Part shown: piece by piece, positions 38,401 to 53,115 of the stretch | Numbering within the stretch: position 1 is the first letter of the stretch | How the letters are laid out: the number at the start of each line of letters is the position of its first letter | Source of the DNA: Syncephalis fuscata S228 | Lineage: Eukaryota > Fungi > Zoopagomycota | Length of the DNA stretch: 64,000 nt | NCBI GenBank assembly: GCA_025786725.1 | Contig: JAHLTZ010000029.1 | Location: 62,001-126,000, forward strand | Direction of reading: 5' to 3' | Made by a program: the position numbers and the translations under genes | Notes under the pieces: generated by a model | What the model saw: the letters and a program-made list of their open reading frames with translations, nothing else | What the model was told of the DNA's origin: nothing | The model's database searches: none

Positions 38401-39053
38401 AGTAGAATACAATAGACGCCTTTGCCTTGATAGTAAGCATATACCTAATACAGCATTATTAGTATTGATAATAGCTATACCATTATTGAATTGTAACAAA
38501 CTTACTCGAGCGAAAAATGTGTCCAAATTATCGACATTGGTCCATTCGTAGATAGCTCGCTCACGACTTGATACACGAGAACGCCAATTGCGCAGTCCAT
38601 TGCCGAGACCACCACCATGTCTTATGCCATGCCCAAAAAATGACGGATCTTCATGCGACGATGATGCAACACGTTCATAGCGTTGATCGCCAAAACGTAA
38701 CCGACGTCCATTTGAATTGCGTTGTCGGTTAGTGCCATCATTATAATCATTTCGATCGGTAGATACGCCATTATTGCCATTATGATCGTCATCGTCGCCT
38801 AATGGGTTCATTTCTACCATTAATGAGGCTGGTGCTTCTAAATCGTCAACGTAATCTTTATAAGAATCAGATGTTCATGACCTACGCCTCTATGGCCATG
38901 TACTGAATTAGTAGCGCCAGTGGCCGGCCAATGTGATTGTTGTTGTTGTTGTTGTTGGTGCTGCTGGCGATAGGCCGCACGAAAAGGATAATCGTCGACG
39001 AATGCATAATAGGGAGTGTCTCCACTACCTGTTGCAGATAGTGGGTCACCCAT
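35491..39053 (-). CDS. ATG9: Autophagy lipid scramblase Atg9, multi-exon
   Basis: [94 protein letters not shown]. Several apparent indels. Confidence 0.93.
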
Positions 39054-40335
39054 AGCCAAAGCTATTCTATACGTTTGTAGTGAAAACTACAGATGATAAA
39101 CGAATACAAGTTATATTGAAGTGATGAACTTGAGCATATATTGAGTGATAAAGAACAGACGTAAGAAATAGGGAAAAGAGTAGAAGAGTGCAGGTACAAG
39201 TCGCCAGTAGTTGGTGGGCAGTAAACTATAATAATAACAACAATTTGCCAGTGTATGTAAGTGAGTTAGAGTAGAATAAGACACATGCGATAGAGAGAGT
39301 AGTCACGCGGAAACCAAACCAATAAAGACGACAATACTGAAACCACGTGCAATTGTAGTATGTCGAAAATAAGATAGAGCCACAAAATAGTGAAAGAGAA
39401 AGAAGTGCAATTGTATATGGTAGTGAAGGCAATTCAATACAATATGGCGCACCGATAAAGACAGTATAGAAAGAGAGAGAAAGCAAAAAGAGAGAAAAGA
39501 GAGAAAGAAAGAAACAAGTAAGCATATAGCGACTAACACTTAAGCTGAGTCAACGCAAATCATCCATAAAAGCAGGAGACTGTGACACTGCATAGTCACA
39601 TTGATTAGACATAGTATTACTCGTCTGTAATCATATAGATATTTCTAGACATGTGTATTACCTTGAACAATCATTATGCCCGATAAGCGTGAAGATCCAT
39701 TGTACTATATAATGAATAGCGTTAATTTATTACCATTCTATGATTTAAGGATCTATGCAGATAGTTACAGATAGGCAAGTATGGATTCACACACTTATTA
39801 GATATCATATGATTTCATTATAGCATTAATTAATTATATTATACTACTTTGTTACTAGCAAGAATGTTTAATTAAAAAGTATTTTGTTTGTTTAGTAACG
39901 CTATTTAGGTTGTATAGGTCAGTGTCAATTAATAGTAAATAAATAGAGTTATGCCATTATGATGCACAACATGATATATTGCTTTCTATTAAAATATTGT
40001 TAATAAATTGATGTAAATAAATAATGTAACATACTATTTGATTTCATTAAATATTTGAGGCCGATTATTATTGTTGTTGGCCATGTGTAGAAAGATTAAT
40101 GAATATTAATAGAAGCCATATGATTGCAACTCCATGTCATTCTGCATTTGTTGTTGTTGCATCTATGTACAGCATGGATTATTGCATCTGGATGGTCTGT
40201 TTCATTTTCTAATATTCTACTATTGTATTTAAAAGTAAAGGAATGAAATGGATAAATAAAATGTAAAAGTCAAAGTAAAACAGTTCATTTATTAAATAAT
40301 TTATTAATTCTTTTAACTTTATCTTTATTGTTATT

Positions 40336-40861
40336 ATGGCTTTGATTGATTTGGACGATTTACTGAATCTCGAGGAACAGTATGTTACAATAGGTAATAG
40401 ACTATACTGATACGTGTATTAATGTCTTAATACAGATTCCTTGCGGTTGGCCAAGCAAATGGCCAACAAGATGGCGAACAACTGGTCTAGTTGAGGGTCG
40501 TTCATTAGGAAGACAAAAAGGTTTAGAGCTTGGTTTGGAACTAGGTTATTATACGGCATTTGTTGAATATTGGTTAGCACAAGTTAATAGTGAACCTTCT
40601 CTTTACTCTTCTCGGTAGTAAAAGTATTTATAAAGTATATATAAAGGAAACTATATACATTCTAATATATTCATATGTAGAGCTGCTAAACAATTAGCAT
40701 CATTAGCAACTGCTCTTGAAGCATTCCCTACTGAAAATCGATTAAATATAGATGCACTAGCACTACTAGATCGTATTCGTGCTAAATTTAAAACAATTTC
40801 TACAATTCTTGGTACACATCGTTTACAGTCATACGTAGAAACAACACCGCATCAGCATTAA
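40336..40861 (+). CDS. LTO1: Lto1/ORAOV1-like protein (Yae1/Lto1 family, GX3 repeats), 3 exons
   Basis: DLDDLLNLEEQF, G.VEGRSLGRQKGLELGLELGYY, LLDRIRAKFK. Confidence 0.8.
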
Positions 40862-40932
40862 ACTATTAATAAAGTAAATTACTATTTAATTATGATTTAT
40901 TCTATAATATTGATTAATAATCCAATATTTTG

Positions 40933-41346
40933 CTATTTATTATTTGTTGCTGGTTTGGAAGATGATTGTTGTTGTTGTTGCTGTGTATTTTTTGATTCAT
41001 TGTCAAAGCCTAAATTCTTCATATGATCCTGTTCCATTAATCCGCTATTCATTTAAATAAATACTTAATCTCTATTAATTATATTAATACAACCTACTGA
41101 TTCATACGGCATTTTAAATAAGCTTTCGATAAGTCGCGACATGCCTCAATAGACTGATTGTTCTGACGTAAACATGTCATATATCGTTGCATATCTTCAC
41201 GACAATCACCTAAACAAAGGGTCACTACAAAAGATCGCTATTTACTACTTTCTAATTAGCCCACCGTAATGATCTAACGGAAAGCTGCCTCTTTCTGGAG
41301 GTGTAGGCTTAAATGTACTCGATGTAGGTGGCGCACCGAAACTCAT
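40933..41346 (-). CDS. COX19: Cytochrome c oxidase assembly protein Cox19 (twin CX9C)
   Basis: KPTPPERGSFPLDH, MTCLRQN...CRDLSKAYLKCRM, GLME...NLGF. Confidence 0.9.
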
Positions 41347-41555
41347 TGTGGTTTGTAATTCAATAATAAAATAAAAATCGTGGTAATTAGACAAAAAAGC
41401 ACAACCAATAGTATTCATTAATTAGTTAATTAAATATTAACATTCTCACACTATGGCGTACAATAATTAGTCAGTATTTTTGACTTGCCTGTCACTTTGT
41501 TCTTCCATTTAGTTGCTATTAACGCTAGCGAGTCAGTCAGGTTATCTTATCAGCA

Positions 41556-43048
41556 ATGTCGCCAACTAATGTAGCTATTACCTGCCGGTATGCATTGGTG
41601 ATTTGGAGCCTATAGCCCAACTATGCTTAGTCGTAATGCATGGGACTATTATGCGTCAGGGGCCGATGAAATGATAACGCTTCGAGAGAATGAACGCGCC
41701 TTTAGCCGGTAAGTTGAACAGTTATCGAATAGAGCCATTAAAGTAACACTATTACTGGGTAGACTACGTATTAAGCCACATGTGCTTCGTGACGTATCAA
41801 ACATAAGCATGGCAACCACTATTCTTGGTGATAATATTGCTGTCCTATTGGAGCAGCACCTACAGCCATGCAACGTATGGCTAATGTAGATGGCGAGGAG
41901 GCAACAGCCCGCGGTAATTAGTATACCACTACGACGACAGGGTAATTAATCTAATTTATTAGCTTGTGCCAATCTACGTATGCCAATGATTTTATCATCA
42001 TGGGCCACGACAAGTCTTGAAGATGTAGCGAAGGCAGGACGGGCCACCAAGATTAGTGAAGAGATGCGTGCATCGGTTGGAGAATCAATACGGTGGTTCC
42101 AGCTCTATGTCTATAAAGATAGAAAGGTGACGCGCCGACTTGTAGAACGGGCAGCGGCATCTGGCTATAAAGCCTTGGCCGTGACCGTTGATACACCATT
42201 CCTAGGTCGTCGTCGGGCTGATATTCGGTAAATAATAGCCGTCAAATTAACCGTGTGCTAATTAGCTATTTAAACCTAATAGCAATAAATTTAAATTGCC
42301 TAGTCATTTGAAATTGGCCAATTTCTCTGAGGATGATAAACAGCACGTTGGCACTAATCCTGGTGAACCACAACAAGATTCTGGTTTGGCCACTTATGTG
42401 GCTGAGCAGATTGATCCCACGCTTAGTTGGAAGGACATTGCTTGGTTAAAGACCATTACTCATTTACCTATTATTGTAAAGGGTGTACTTACAGCTGAAG
42501 ATGCTCAACTGGCTGTACAGGCTGGTGTTTCCGGTATTATTGTTAGTAATCACGGAGGTCGTCAACTTGATGGTGTATCCCCTACAGTAAGTTTTATAAA
42601 CTACCTATTATAAAACATAGCTAATATATACATATATGTTTAATATACATATATAGATTGATGCATTGACTGAGGTAGTTGAAGCAGTTAATGGCAAAGT
42701 AGAGGTTTATTTAGATGGCGGTGTACGTCGTGGCAACGATATCTTTAAGGCTATTGCTTTAGGTGCTAAGCTGTATTTGTTGGCCGTCCTATTCTATGGG
42801 GACTGGCCTATAACGTAAGTGACTAGTAATCCATACTAATAACAAATAGTAATACATTGCTATAAAGGGAGAAGAAGGCGTTAAATGGGTTCTTCGTATT
42901 CTTGAAGATGAATTCAAACTGTGTATGACACTAGCAGGTAAGTAGAAAGTATTTATATAACAGTTTACTAATAATTATAGGCTGTCGATCTATTGCCGAG
43001 ATTACCAAGGATAAAGTGGGCTATACTTCGGTGGTTGCTCATCTTTAA
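41556..43048 (+). CDS. FMN-dependent (S)-2-hydroxyacid oxidase (glycolate oxidase/HAO-like), probably peroxisomal
   Basis: [70 protein letters not shown]-terminal AHL is PTS1-like. Confidence 0.92.
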
Positions 43049-43193
43049 TATCTACCATAATAAACAATTAATATCCATAACTGTTGTTACCATTACTGTT
43101 ATAAATATAAATGAAATGTCATTAATAAAAGTAAAAGTAAAGTAAAGTAATAGTTTGTTTATTAGATATGCTTTAATAACTAGCATGTCATAA

Positions 43194-45821
43194 TTAATTT
43201 GAAATACCCAAATCCTTTGCCTAGTTACAGTATAGTATAGAATAAGTATATATTGTTGTTATTAATAACATTTTTATAACTTACAATCATTCGAGATGCA
43301 ATAGGATGATATTCATCACGGTTCTTCAAAAAAGTATCTTTGGCCAATTGACTATCCACTTTATTGAGCCCACTATTAAATATAATAATGATTAATATCA
43401 TTACGATTATGTATATAATACTAGTAAACTACTTACCGGTAAAGTGGACGAACGTATTTCATACGTCCTTGTTCTTCTAGGAAAGTAACAACATGTGGAT
43501 AGATGGGCGAGTAGGCAGCACTTAGACATAACATTTGCCAAGCAAATCGTACTTCACAATTGGTAACTTCTGTCAATCCGTAGATCTTATCCATAGCGGC
43601 CAATTTATCCGCAGGCAATGATGGATACTCAGATAACTTGTCAAAGAAAGCAACTAATTAAATAGAACAGTTAATATTATGTTATGTAATAGTTGCTTAG
43701 TAAATATAATTACCTTTTTGACTAGATGAAAAATCTTTAATATCATTAGGAGAAAAATCCAGTTTATCGCTATTACGTGCAGCATCCCAACTAACATATT
43801 ATGTTAGTATATTCATTTAATATAGCCATCTACTTACCGATTAGCAAGAGAGATACACGCTTCAGCCAATGATGTATCAAACTCATTAGTCACTGGTGGC
43901 TTTTATTTAATAAACAAATGGTTAGCCATTCTATTTACTTAATCACTATTGCTACTTACCATACCAGTGCCTTTAATCCAAGCATGCCAATCAACTTGAT
44001 CAAGTACTTTAACCTTTTCATCTCCATGATGTTTACGCATATATTCATATAAGAACAACTTCCAATCATTAGTATCAATTGATTGACCTGCAAATCGTTC
44101 GACATACGCCTTCATATAAGGCTCAAATACAGAAGGGCCGCCTAATAACTGTTCAAGATAATAGAGTAGATTATAGCCTTTCTCGTATGGTACAGTAGAG
44201 AATGCATCATCTGGATCGGCTCCTTCAAGATCTGGACATAAAGCAGTAAATGGATGGTCTGGTCCATACTCGTCAATATCTGTCTTCAAATCTTTTAGAC
44301 CGAGAATTGACGAGAATTGACGGTCGGCCTCAGAGTGTAGTCGGCCAATGATCTTTCTTTCAATAAACATGGTCCAGCCTTCATTTAGCCAGAAATGCTC
44401 CCAGTTCTTTGTGGTCACTAAATTGCCCATCCAACTATGAGCAATTTCATGGGCCACCACGTCTACAAGTGATCGGTCACCCGCCAATAAAGTAGGGGTT
44501 ACAAAGGTTAAACAAGGATTCTCCATACCACCATAAGGGAATGAGCTAGGCAGTACAAGCAAGTCGTAGCGTCCCCATTCATAAGGTGTTAATAAAGATT
44601 CACCAGTAGCGATAAAGCGCTCTGTATCAACAAATTCCCAAGCGGCCTTTTCAACCACTTCAGGCTCTGACCAAACAGTTGATCGTGGACCAATTTCTCG
44701 TCCTTCGATATTACCAACTGCCAAAGCAACTAGATAAGAAGGCATACTTGTACGCTGTTCAAATCGATAGGTCACTGATTGGCCATCACTTGATACTTCC
44801 TGGCCGACATTCAATGCACTCATAAGTGCACGTAATGGTTTGGGTGTATGAATATTGGCCGAATAAGTCAGCTTGATGCCTGGTGAATCTTGAACAGGCG
44901 CCATACTACGTGCATGAATCTAAATAAACTATTAGTCATATTCTATTAACCAGTTGGTGTCACTTACTGCTTGCATTGTGTAAATAAATATGGATGTTGT
45001 TTACCAACAGTTTGCCTAAATACACGTATTGTTTAATTAGCTACTTATTATCGTATGGCTGTAAAGACTAACATGGGCGTAAGCCATTGAAGCGCACTAG
45101 CTTCACGAGTAGTCTCATATTCCACTACTAGATCAAGTTTATCGTCGACTTTATATTCTTTAGGCAATTGAATACGCAATGGTGTGCCATATCGATGATC
45201 TTTATCGCCTAATTCAAACTAAATAGTATACTGTTGATAAATAGACCGTTGTTATAATAAACTGTAGGGTACCTTTAATGGCTCTGCATGGTCAAGCAAT
45301 GATACATTTTTAATATTTAAAGCATTGGTATCCAACGTTACGGTCGATACGCCTTCCTTGACCGCTTGTAACGATAGTCGACTCGTACCGGCGAGTATTT
45401 TACGACTAAAGTCAACGTTTAAATCCAAATGCAGGTGGCGAGTTTGGATTTCATCTGTATTAGCAAACGAATTGGGATCCATGGTATCGAACGGCAAAAT
45501 GCGTGTGGTAGAAGATGACAGAGACGCCAATGAAGAGGAGGACGCGGCCCGTCGAAGTAATAATTGATAGAATGTACGACAGCAAGCACAGTGGTCGGCG
45601 TGGATAGAGTGACGCGATCGAGGCAAAGCAGCAAAGGTGGCAGTTAAAGAAGAGTCGTTCGAGTGAGTCGATAGGCGTTTTACAGTGGTAGTGGTGCCTA
45701 AATTCGACGAGCCATGGACGTCATGGTAACCTTTTGTAACAGTGCTGTCAAAACAAGAAAGCCAGCGTCGGTTAATAAATCGCATACGTGGCGCTTTCAA
45801 CGGTAAGCAGAACAGTCCCAT
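43194..45821 (-). CDS. LAP2: Leukotriene A4 hydrolase / M1 aminopeptidase; conserved start MDPNS at 45482 with an in-frame upstream ATG at 45821
   Basis: DPNSFAN, PYGGMENP, HEIAHSW..HFWLNEG, FSTVPYEKG, QGRMKYVRPLYR. Confidence 0.94.
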
Positions 45822-46025
45822 GGTGATATAAGAAAGAAAGCGAAAAGAGAATTAATAGTACTTTTTGTTAATGCATCATTTAATAACCTATCTATATTAA
45901 TAATATAAAACATATTGCTCTAATTAATATTAAAAGTTTCTTTATTAATATCATTATAAATGATAAATAGCGTAATTTAAAATACATTAGAGTCATGATT
46001 AAGTAAACTGAGTTTATTATTATTG

Positions 46026-46558
46026 TTATGATGGTAATGGTGCTTCAGTATTTGCTTTCCAATCCGCTTCACCAGAGGCCAATACTTCTTTCTTCCAAAT
46101 AGGCACTCGTTCTTTTAGCGTATCAATAATAAAAGTAGTTGCTTCAAGTGCTGCATGTCGGTGTACTGAGGAAACGGCAATAACTACGCTTGTTTCACCG
46201 ACAGGAACTAGACCTGTCCGATGCCAGACACCAATTCGATGGAGCGACCACTTCATTCGTGCTTCTTGGCCAATCTTGCGTAATTCGGCTACAGCCATTG
46301 GCACATACGCTTCATACTCAAGACGAACTACACTTTTTCCTACAATAGGCTTTAGTTTGCTATCTATAACGATAGTTTGCTATTTGCATTGCAATTACCT
46401 TCAAAACTATCGCGTGTTGTACCTGAGAATGTTACCACAGCACCAGCAGTGTCGTCGGCAACTTGCCGTGCTAGTGGTTCCAATTCCAATAGGTCAGGAG
46501 TGACTACATAGATGTCCTCTATCGCATTAGTAGTCGTGGCAGCTGCTGTTGTCGTCAT
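46026..46558 (-). CDS. MOCS2: Molybdopterin synthase catalytic subunit (MoaE/MOCS2B), 2 exons
   Basis: GAVVTFSGTTRD, LEYEAY, HRTGLVPVGETSVVIAVSSVHR, IDTLKERVPIWKKE. Confidence 0.93.
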
Positions 46559-46934
46559 AGTTGATGACTATACTAAAGAATTGAATAAATGTATAGAAAA
46601 GGCTGTTTTACTATCAGTAAATTGATTGATCTTATTATTATAGTGTAATAATACGTAGACACGACAATAATTGATCATTATCGCGCTACAAACACAAATG
46701 GCTACACTTATTTTGATTTATTAATATCAATAATTTTATAGTTGGTGTATTTATATTTCTTTTATGTTTAAAGCGTTAACAGTACTCTATTGTTATAAAA
46801 TAATAATAAACAATATATTGTAATGAATAGTATACTAGACTGTTTAATATTAAAACAAAATGCTTAATAGTATGAAATGACATATAACACAATCCAGCAC
46901 ATCTCATTGTATTATATTATTATCATTCTCTTAT

Positions 46935-49066
46935 TTAAAGTTCCTCTCGTTTCGTATTGCTATCGTCATCTTCATTGGCATCGTTGTCGTCGTTGCTATC
47001 CTCATTTGGGAGCAGATTTGCTAAAAAGTCTTTTGAGAATAAATCGTCTATACCATTTGTCTTGCCCAAAGACTTCAGCAATTTCTGATACGTATTTTGC
47101 AGTTGATTCAAGGTATCTAAACATGGTTGTTTTAGTAAATATATTAATATACTTTTTATAATCAATACTAACCTTCCTGATCATGCATATCATTTTCTTC
47201 GTCCTCTGTACCAAATGGTTTAAATTGAAGCTTACCATCATTATCAAGATATGCTGCTACAGGTTTAAATAAATTTGTTAAAAGATCATTGTTTGTTTCC
47301 TCGCTCGTCTCTTCGCCTTCTTTATCACTATCTTTTTCTTTGTTGCCGCGTTTAAAAGTTGCCGGTCGCTTTGCCGTATCCATCTTCTTTTTATTCTTTG
47401 TCTGTTGCTTTGACGACTTTGGTTGCAGTACATCCTTTAGTAGTTTTAGTTGCTGTTGTACAACCTGTTCCAATTGCTTAGAGACATCTTTTAATGAATC
47501 TGTCTTCTTTTGATCTTTAGTGCCTGTAGCAATACCAGACCTTGTTGGCTTTCCTGTCTTGACTTTTGGTATTGGCTTGCCTTTTAATGTTTTGGCATTC
47601 CCGGATGGCTCGTCTTTGTTTGACAATTGTTGTAGATTTTGTTTAGATTTTGGTATACTATTACTAGGTTTTTTAAGAGGTTGTTTTAATTTGGTATTTG
47701 GTGATTTATCAGCTTCAGTGTTGCTGCTGCTGCTGCTGCTGCTGTTTCTTTGATATTTTTCTTATTAATTCGTGCATGAGCTCGTTCTTTGGCTCGCAAA
47801 TAAACCTCGTCTTTAACTACTAGCTGGCAGTTAATTTTATCAGCTTCACCGCGTTGTACACCAGCAAATACTGGGTCTTGGCATAGTCGTGGTGTATGTA
47901 CAATCATTACATAACGACAAGTGCCGGGTTCATCAGCATACGATATCTTTTCTCCTTCCTGTTGATTGCAAAAGAACTGGTCCACTATATAAGACGCTAG
48001 TAGTATTTAATTCATTATTACTTACCTGTACTTCAATACTACGCTGTTTGCCAGTCAAATCGCAAATAGAACCACCTGTCCAATGCTGTGTTAGAAAGCG
48101 CCGTTCTCCCGAAAGATCCGGGGCAGTGGCACCATCTCGATTGCCCGACACGGCTGTCGCACTTTCACTTTGACCATTTGAAGATACATCCACTGCGGCA
48201 GTGTCATCCGATTCAAAGCTCACTGGCCCACTTATAACATCATTTGTTGTTATTGGAATACGTTTGCTGTATTTTCCTAATTCATGAGTTACTGCCTCAT
48301 CTGTATCATCGATCGGCTCGTGAATTTGTCGAATGGATTTTCCATAACAGAATTCATAAGTCCACCAGCCTTGATTCTAACAATCAGTTTTAGTCAAGTA
48401 TTTTTAAATCACTCCTATTAGCACCAATAATTACATTATAAATACAACTGCCAGCCATGGGTTCTAAAAGTTTGGTAGCATTTTGAACACGCTCCGCTTC
48501 TAATTCAGCCTCGCTCTTTGGTTTCTTGTCTATTAATATGTCCTTGCTTCCTGATGATTCTTCTGCAGTTGATGGTGTACTCGTGTTCAATTTCTTGGCT
48601 AATAAAGGGGGAACGCGGCAAATATATCGCTGTTTTGTTCCCATACGCATCATGAATTGCTCGCTCGGCTTTAGAAAACGCTGCAAAAACTGTTAATAAT
48701 TGTAGCAATATTATTAATGATTATACTTACTGATGCATCATCTATATCATCTGGAGTTGTCTAGTCATGCAGTTTCTATTAAACTAATAGCCAGCATTTT
48801 TATTGTACATTAATACTAACCTGTACCAATGGTTTGGGATATAATTTAGATAGTTGACTTTCAGAAATAATAGATTCCTCAAAGTGCATATTGTAACGAG
48901 GACGTGCTCCTATATCCTCGATAAATGTAGGGATATTCGTCGTGCTGCGGTATTTAACGGTAGCTTCTGCTTCTACTTTGGGAGAAGAGGTAGAGGACCA
49001 TAGCGTCAACGCGATGACCGTTAATCGCCATAGAGCTGGACGATTACACGTATATTTGTTTTGCAT
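46935..49066 (-). CDS. YOS9: ER lectin Yos9/OS-9 (MRH domain), multi-exon
   Basis: Signal-like N-terminus, GWWTYEFCYG..IRQ, W.GG.ICDLTGKQR.IEVQFFC, EPGTCRYVMIVHTPRLC. C-terminal REEL is ER-retrieval-like. Confidence 0.88.
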
Positions 49067-49787
49067 AGTAATTAAGATAAACAACGCTTGTTACGATTAC
49101 CGCTTGGTTTAGAAAATGCACAGCTGCCCACAATTCCTGCGTCCGATAGTAGCAACGATAGTAGTAGAAAGCGTATAGCTATAAATTCACCAGTATAGGT
49201 AGCAAGAAAGTGGAATAATAATGAAAACAAGTGACTGGGAGTTATTCATCAGCTTTCATCCACTTATAATTGGCCAGCACATAGATTAATGTGAGGGTCT
49301 AATATAAAAACAAAACTTGATTACAAAGTAACAAATTTAGTATATTATTTACAACAATTCTATTATTTATTTTTACTTTCACTTTAACAAGCTATTACTA
49401 TGATTCGTAGCGAGCAAACGGAACAGGCGAGAAGACAAGCTTAGGTACTGGCCAATAAACATAATGATAGCATACCGCAGTTAGGTGTGCCTGCTGCCGG
49501 CCTAATGGTTGCATGTCCTGTGTGCCAGTCAGGCGTGGCAAATTATATACTATTGGTAGTGCATATGGAAAGACAGCATCCAAAAGTTCCTATTCTACGT
49601 CCAAAGTTGTTTATAGCTACTTATATTTGATAAATATCTACTATAGATATTTGTTATGTCGTCGTGGTATTACTTGCTTAATCCGTGTTATAATAGCAGT
49701 AAATGCAACAATCTATTTAAAACACTTTTAGTTGCTATAATATGCAAATAAATCTTTATTACTAAACCAGATGTCACTTATTTAAAA

Positions 49788-50798
49788 TTAGCTATTTGTT
49801 GTTTCGGGAAGTTGTTGATACGTTTTAACTGTTTCAATTTGCGATAAATGCATAATATGTTCAGTTCGTGGGCGATGCGATAGTCTAATAATCTTACGCA
49901 TGCTATCGCAATGCTTGACTAGAATTGTTGAAGAAATAAGCCTAGCTTTGGTTTAGTATAGTGTAACGTTTTGTCTAAGATTTACTTACCAATCAATGTC
50001 AAAAAAGTATTCTGAAAAACTCTCGCCAATTTCAAGAAAAATGGAAATGCCACATAATATATTACAAGTGACTACTAGTGCCATCGTTTGAATGCCTTCC
50101 TGTGCTAGGCGTTTCCATGCCTCTGATCCAAAAAGTTTATATTGTTTATAGGCAACATAGCTGAAAATACTAGAAAATAAAAGATTGATGGGTAACACCG
50201 ATCCAGACCAATACCAAGGAAAGGCAGCTGGATAGAAAGCAACGCAGCCTTCATTATCAATTAAAGTAAGGCGCATTACAGCAGCACCCATTATTGGATA
50301 GCCTGCTTGAGGTAAGATGCATATTATACCAACAATCAAAACCCAACGTGGCCTACACAATACAAGGTAGGCTTTCTGCAAAATGATTGCGCTGCAGCAA
50401 ACAAGCGACGTGCCTATTCCTAAAATATTGTACCAGCATAGTATTCGGCAGCTTAAACCGAATGACGATAATGTCTGAGTGCTCAGTATACCTAGAATAA
50501 GGCCCGAAATTGATGAAATTAAGCAGCACCACGATGAAAGTTTACGAGAGCCAGCAACGATCATTTTAATGGAAATATACACATTTTGTGCAAAGATATA
50601 ACCGAATATCATCATAAACGCCACTTGGCCATTAAAACCAAACATACGTTTTTGCATTAAATCTCTATCGTCACCAGATTCTATTATATGATCAACGGCT
50701 TGCACCTCGCCTAGTGGATAAAGAGAAATACCAAGAAAATAAGTGGCGTTCTTTTCCCACTCGGGGCCAAGAACTGGAACATTGTAATCAATTGGCAT
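49788..50798 (-). CDS. Orphan 7-TM GPCR-like protein, intact, 2 exons
   Basis: Seven hydrophobic segments, Cys at the start of TM3 (CRIL) and in ECL2 (GCVAFYP), LQKAY at the end of TM3, conserved QYKLFGSEAWKRL loop, intron after D-W. Confidence 0.8.
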
Positions 50799-51724
50799 TA
50801 TTACGCTAAATACAAAGATAATAAAAATGTTTAGGTAAAATATAGAACTAAGCTGAATAATAACAATGTTATTGTTTCTCTATCTATGTATGTTCATATA
50901 TATATACAAACGATATTGCGGATAATTGATATATACGGCTCTAGTACACGTGGCATGGTAACCCTGTATAAAACAGGCCTTGGCTTACGAAGATTCTTGT
51001 TGGCAATAGCGGTATAGACGAAGAATGACTAATGTTTAATAAATATATACAACTATATGACTACCTTTAATGTTAAGCTAAATAAACAGTATATTTGTAG
51101 TTTTACTGTTTAACATCCAATATAAAATAATAGCAAATGCTATCATAAAATAAAGAAATGCTACCGCAGTGAATAGTAGGCACATACAGCGATAACAGTA
51201 TGCACATCCTAACAAATGTGGTGGACTGTGACAGTGATTCAATGGATTACCCGGATGTTAAACATCGACTTTGCTTATTATGGTAAAAAATACCATGTGC
51301 AGCCTGATCACTGCTAAATTGTTACAAAAATAGAAATATTTATGCAACCTGTGGATTATCGATGGTCTAGAATAAAAATAAACCATTTTCTATTGTATTG
51401 CTGCGAGTTATATTGAAAATCCAATGAGCCATTGGTTTTTTAAAGCTATACAATATTCTTACAGTCAAATGCACGGATGACATACACTTAATGTAAATAC
51501 ATGTTGTAATTGCCTATATTCAACCAAGTATTGATCTTTACGTTAGTTTTATTTTATTTAATAAAACATTGGGCATTATATTATTAAAAATAATCAAGTA
51601 AACAAAGCTATAAGTTTATAAACAATATATAATGCTAATATTGACTGATACAACGTGTATTTTATAAATTATTACATGTATGGAAAAATACTAAATTAAA
51701 CACTCTGATTTACATAATATTCAA

Positions 51725-53100
51725 CAATATATAATATGATTTTAACACACTATAAAGTCTTAGCCACTTTTGCTATCGTATTGTGTTAATTCTTATTATA
51801 TGGTTAAAACTAAATAATCTATACCGTCCATGTTTTGCATTGCATTCAGCAGCAATATAAGTATTATTGCGCACAGCTCATACCGCGTAACAGCAGTGCA
51901 TGCATGCATATCATTCATTAGCCTATTCGAGACCTCGTATAAACCAGTGTTGGGTGCTAGTGCACATACAATCACTGAATATATACCATATGGTATGCCT
52001 TTTAATGTGCAGAACCATTCACTTATTTTCCTAATTATATAAATTCTAAAACTTGTAACAGTCATTCAGCTACTCAACTATCTATTATTTCTATATTATT
52101 ATTATAATTCATTTTGTTTATACTATATTGTACCCGCAACAATGCCATTTATTGACAATAGCGATGGTTTATATCTTAAGCGGTTGAACCATCTTTCAAA
52201 CGAATGGAATATGGCTGTCATTCACTTGGTACTATATCAATATACGGCTTTTACATGCAAGCTACTGGTAATATCCAAGAACAACGTGACCAATTATTAG
52301 GCATTCAAATGCAGATGGTGCTGTTATATATAGTGCTGTATGTATCTACACACAACTGTATTACTATCAGTAGAATGGTTATAGCACAACCTTATGCAAT
52401 AGCTGCATGGTGCTGTTTAATTCCATCTTTTGTAGGTTTTTTAACTGGAATATTTGTTATAATTGCAGTACTAGGCGGTTCAATGGCTTGTCGAGAGCTT
52501 ACATTGACAATTTTAACTGGAATGGCTTTTGCTAATCCATGTAACAGTTTGGTTTTACTTCAAAAAACATATTTAATACCATCATGTCCAAAATAAATTA
52601 TATACATTGGTACTCCGCTTATACTAGCTCAACTAAGCTTTATAACTGTGCTTTTCTATAGCATATTTACTATCGAAACAAAAGTCGGCTGCGTAGATTA
52701 TCATCCAAAGCTGTTTTTATGGTATTGGTTTTCTGTTTCTATGCCTGATAACATACTATTATCAGCACTTTTTAGTCGAATTGCACTAAAGCAATATCGG
52801 ATGTTTGGCTCAGACATGTGGAAGCGATTAGCCCGTGATGGTTTACAAATAATGTCCATGACTGTGCTGTGCAATACTATATGCTGTGTGGCCGTTGTGT
52901 CTCGAATCGGAGAAGATAATACTGACTATTCTTTATTGTCGATTGGTAAGGGCGGTAATATATAATATTGCGTAAACTAATTGGTCAATATATAGGGTGG
53001 TTATTGCTACGCTACTAGCCAAACATTGTGAAAAATGCGCAAAACTAGGGATGAATCAACCCGACCCAAGACCGAATATATGATTGGCGTATCACAGATT
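51725..53100 (+). repeat. Left arm of ~1.37 kb inverted duplication (partner 56060-57427)
   Basis: The upstream region, CDS and intron match the reverse complement of 56060-57427, with scattered substitutions and indels. Confidence 0.9.
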
Positions 53101-53115
53101 GCTACCAAACTTTGA
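52142..53115 (+). pseudogene. Orphan 7-TM GPCR-like member with in-frame TAA (52594-52596) and indels
   Basis: MPFIDNSDG start, aligns to the 54024 paralogue, TAA at the conserved Trp codon. Confidence 0.75.

Noticed and set aside
21270-43048. Frameshifts in PEX2, SWP1, ATG9, LTO1, COX19, the hydroxyacid oxidase and the fungalysin C-terminus as pseudogenisation or programmed frameshifting
   Set aside because: They are mostly single-base losses, often in short homopolymers, scattered through otherwise well-conserved genes. This is typical of long-read consensus error, and no slippery-site pattern is shared.
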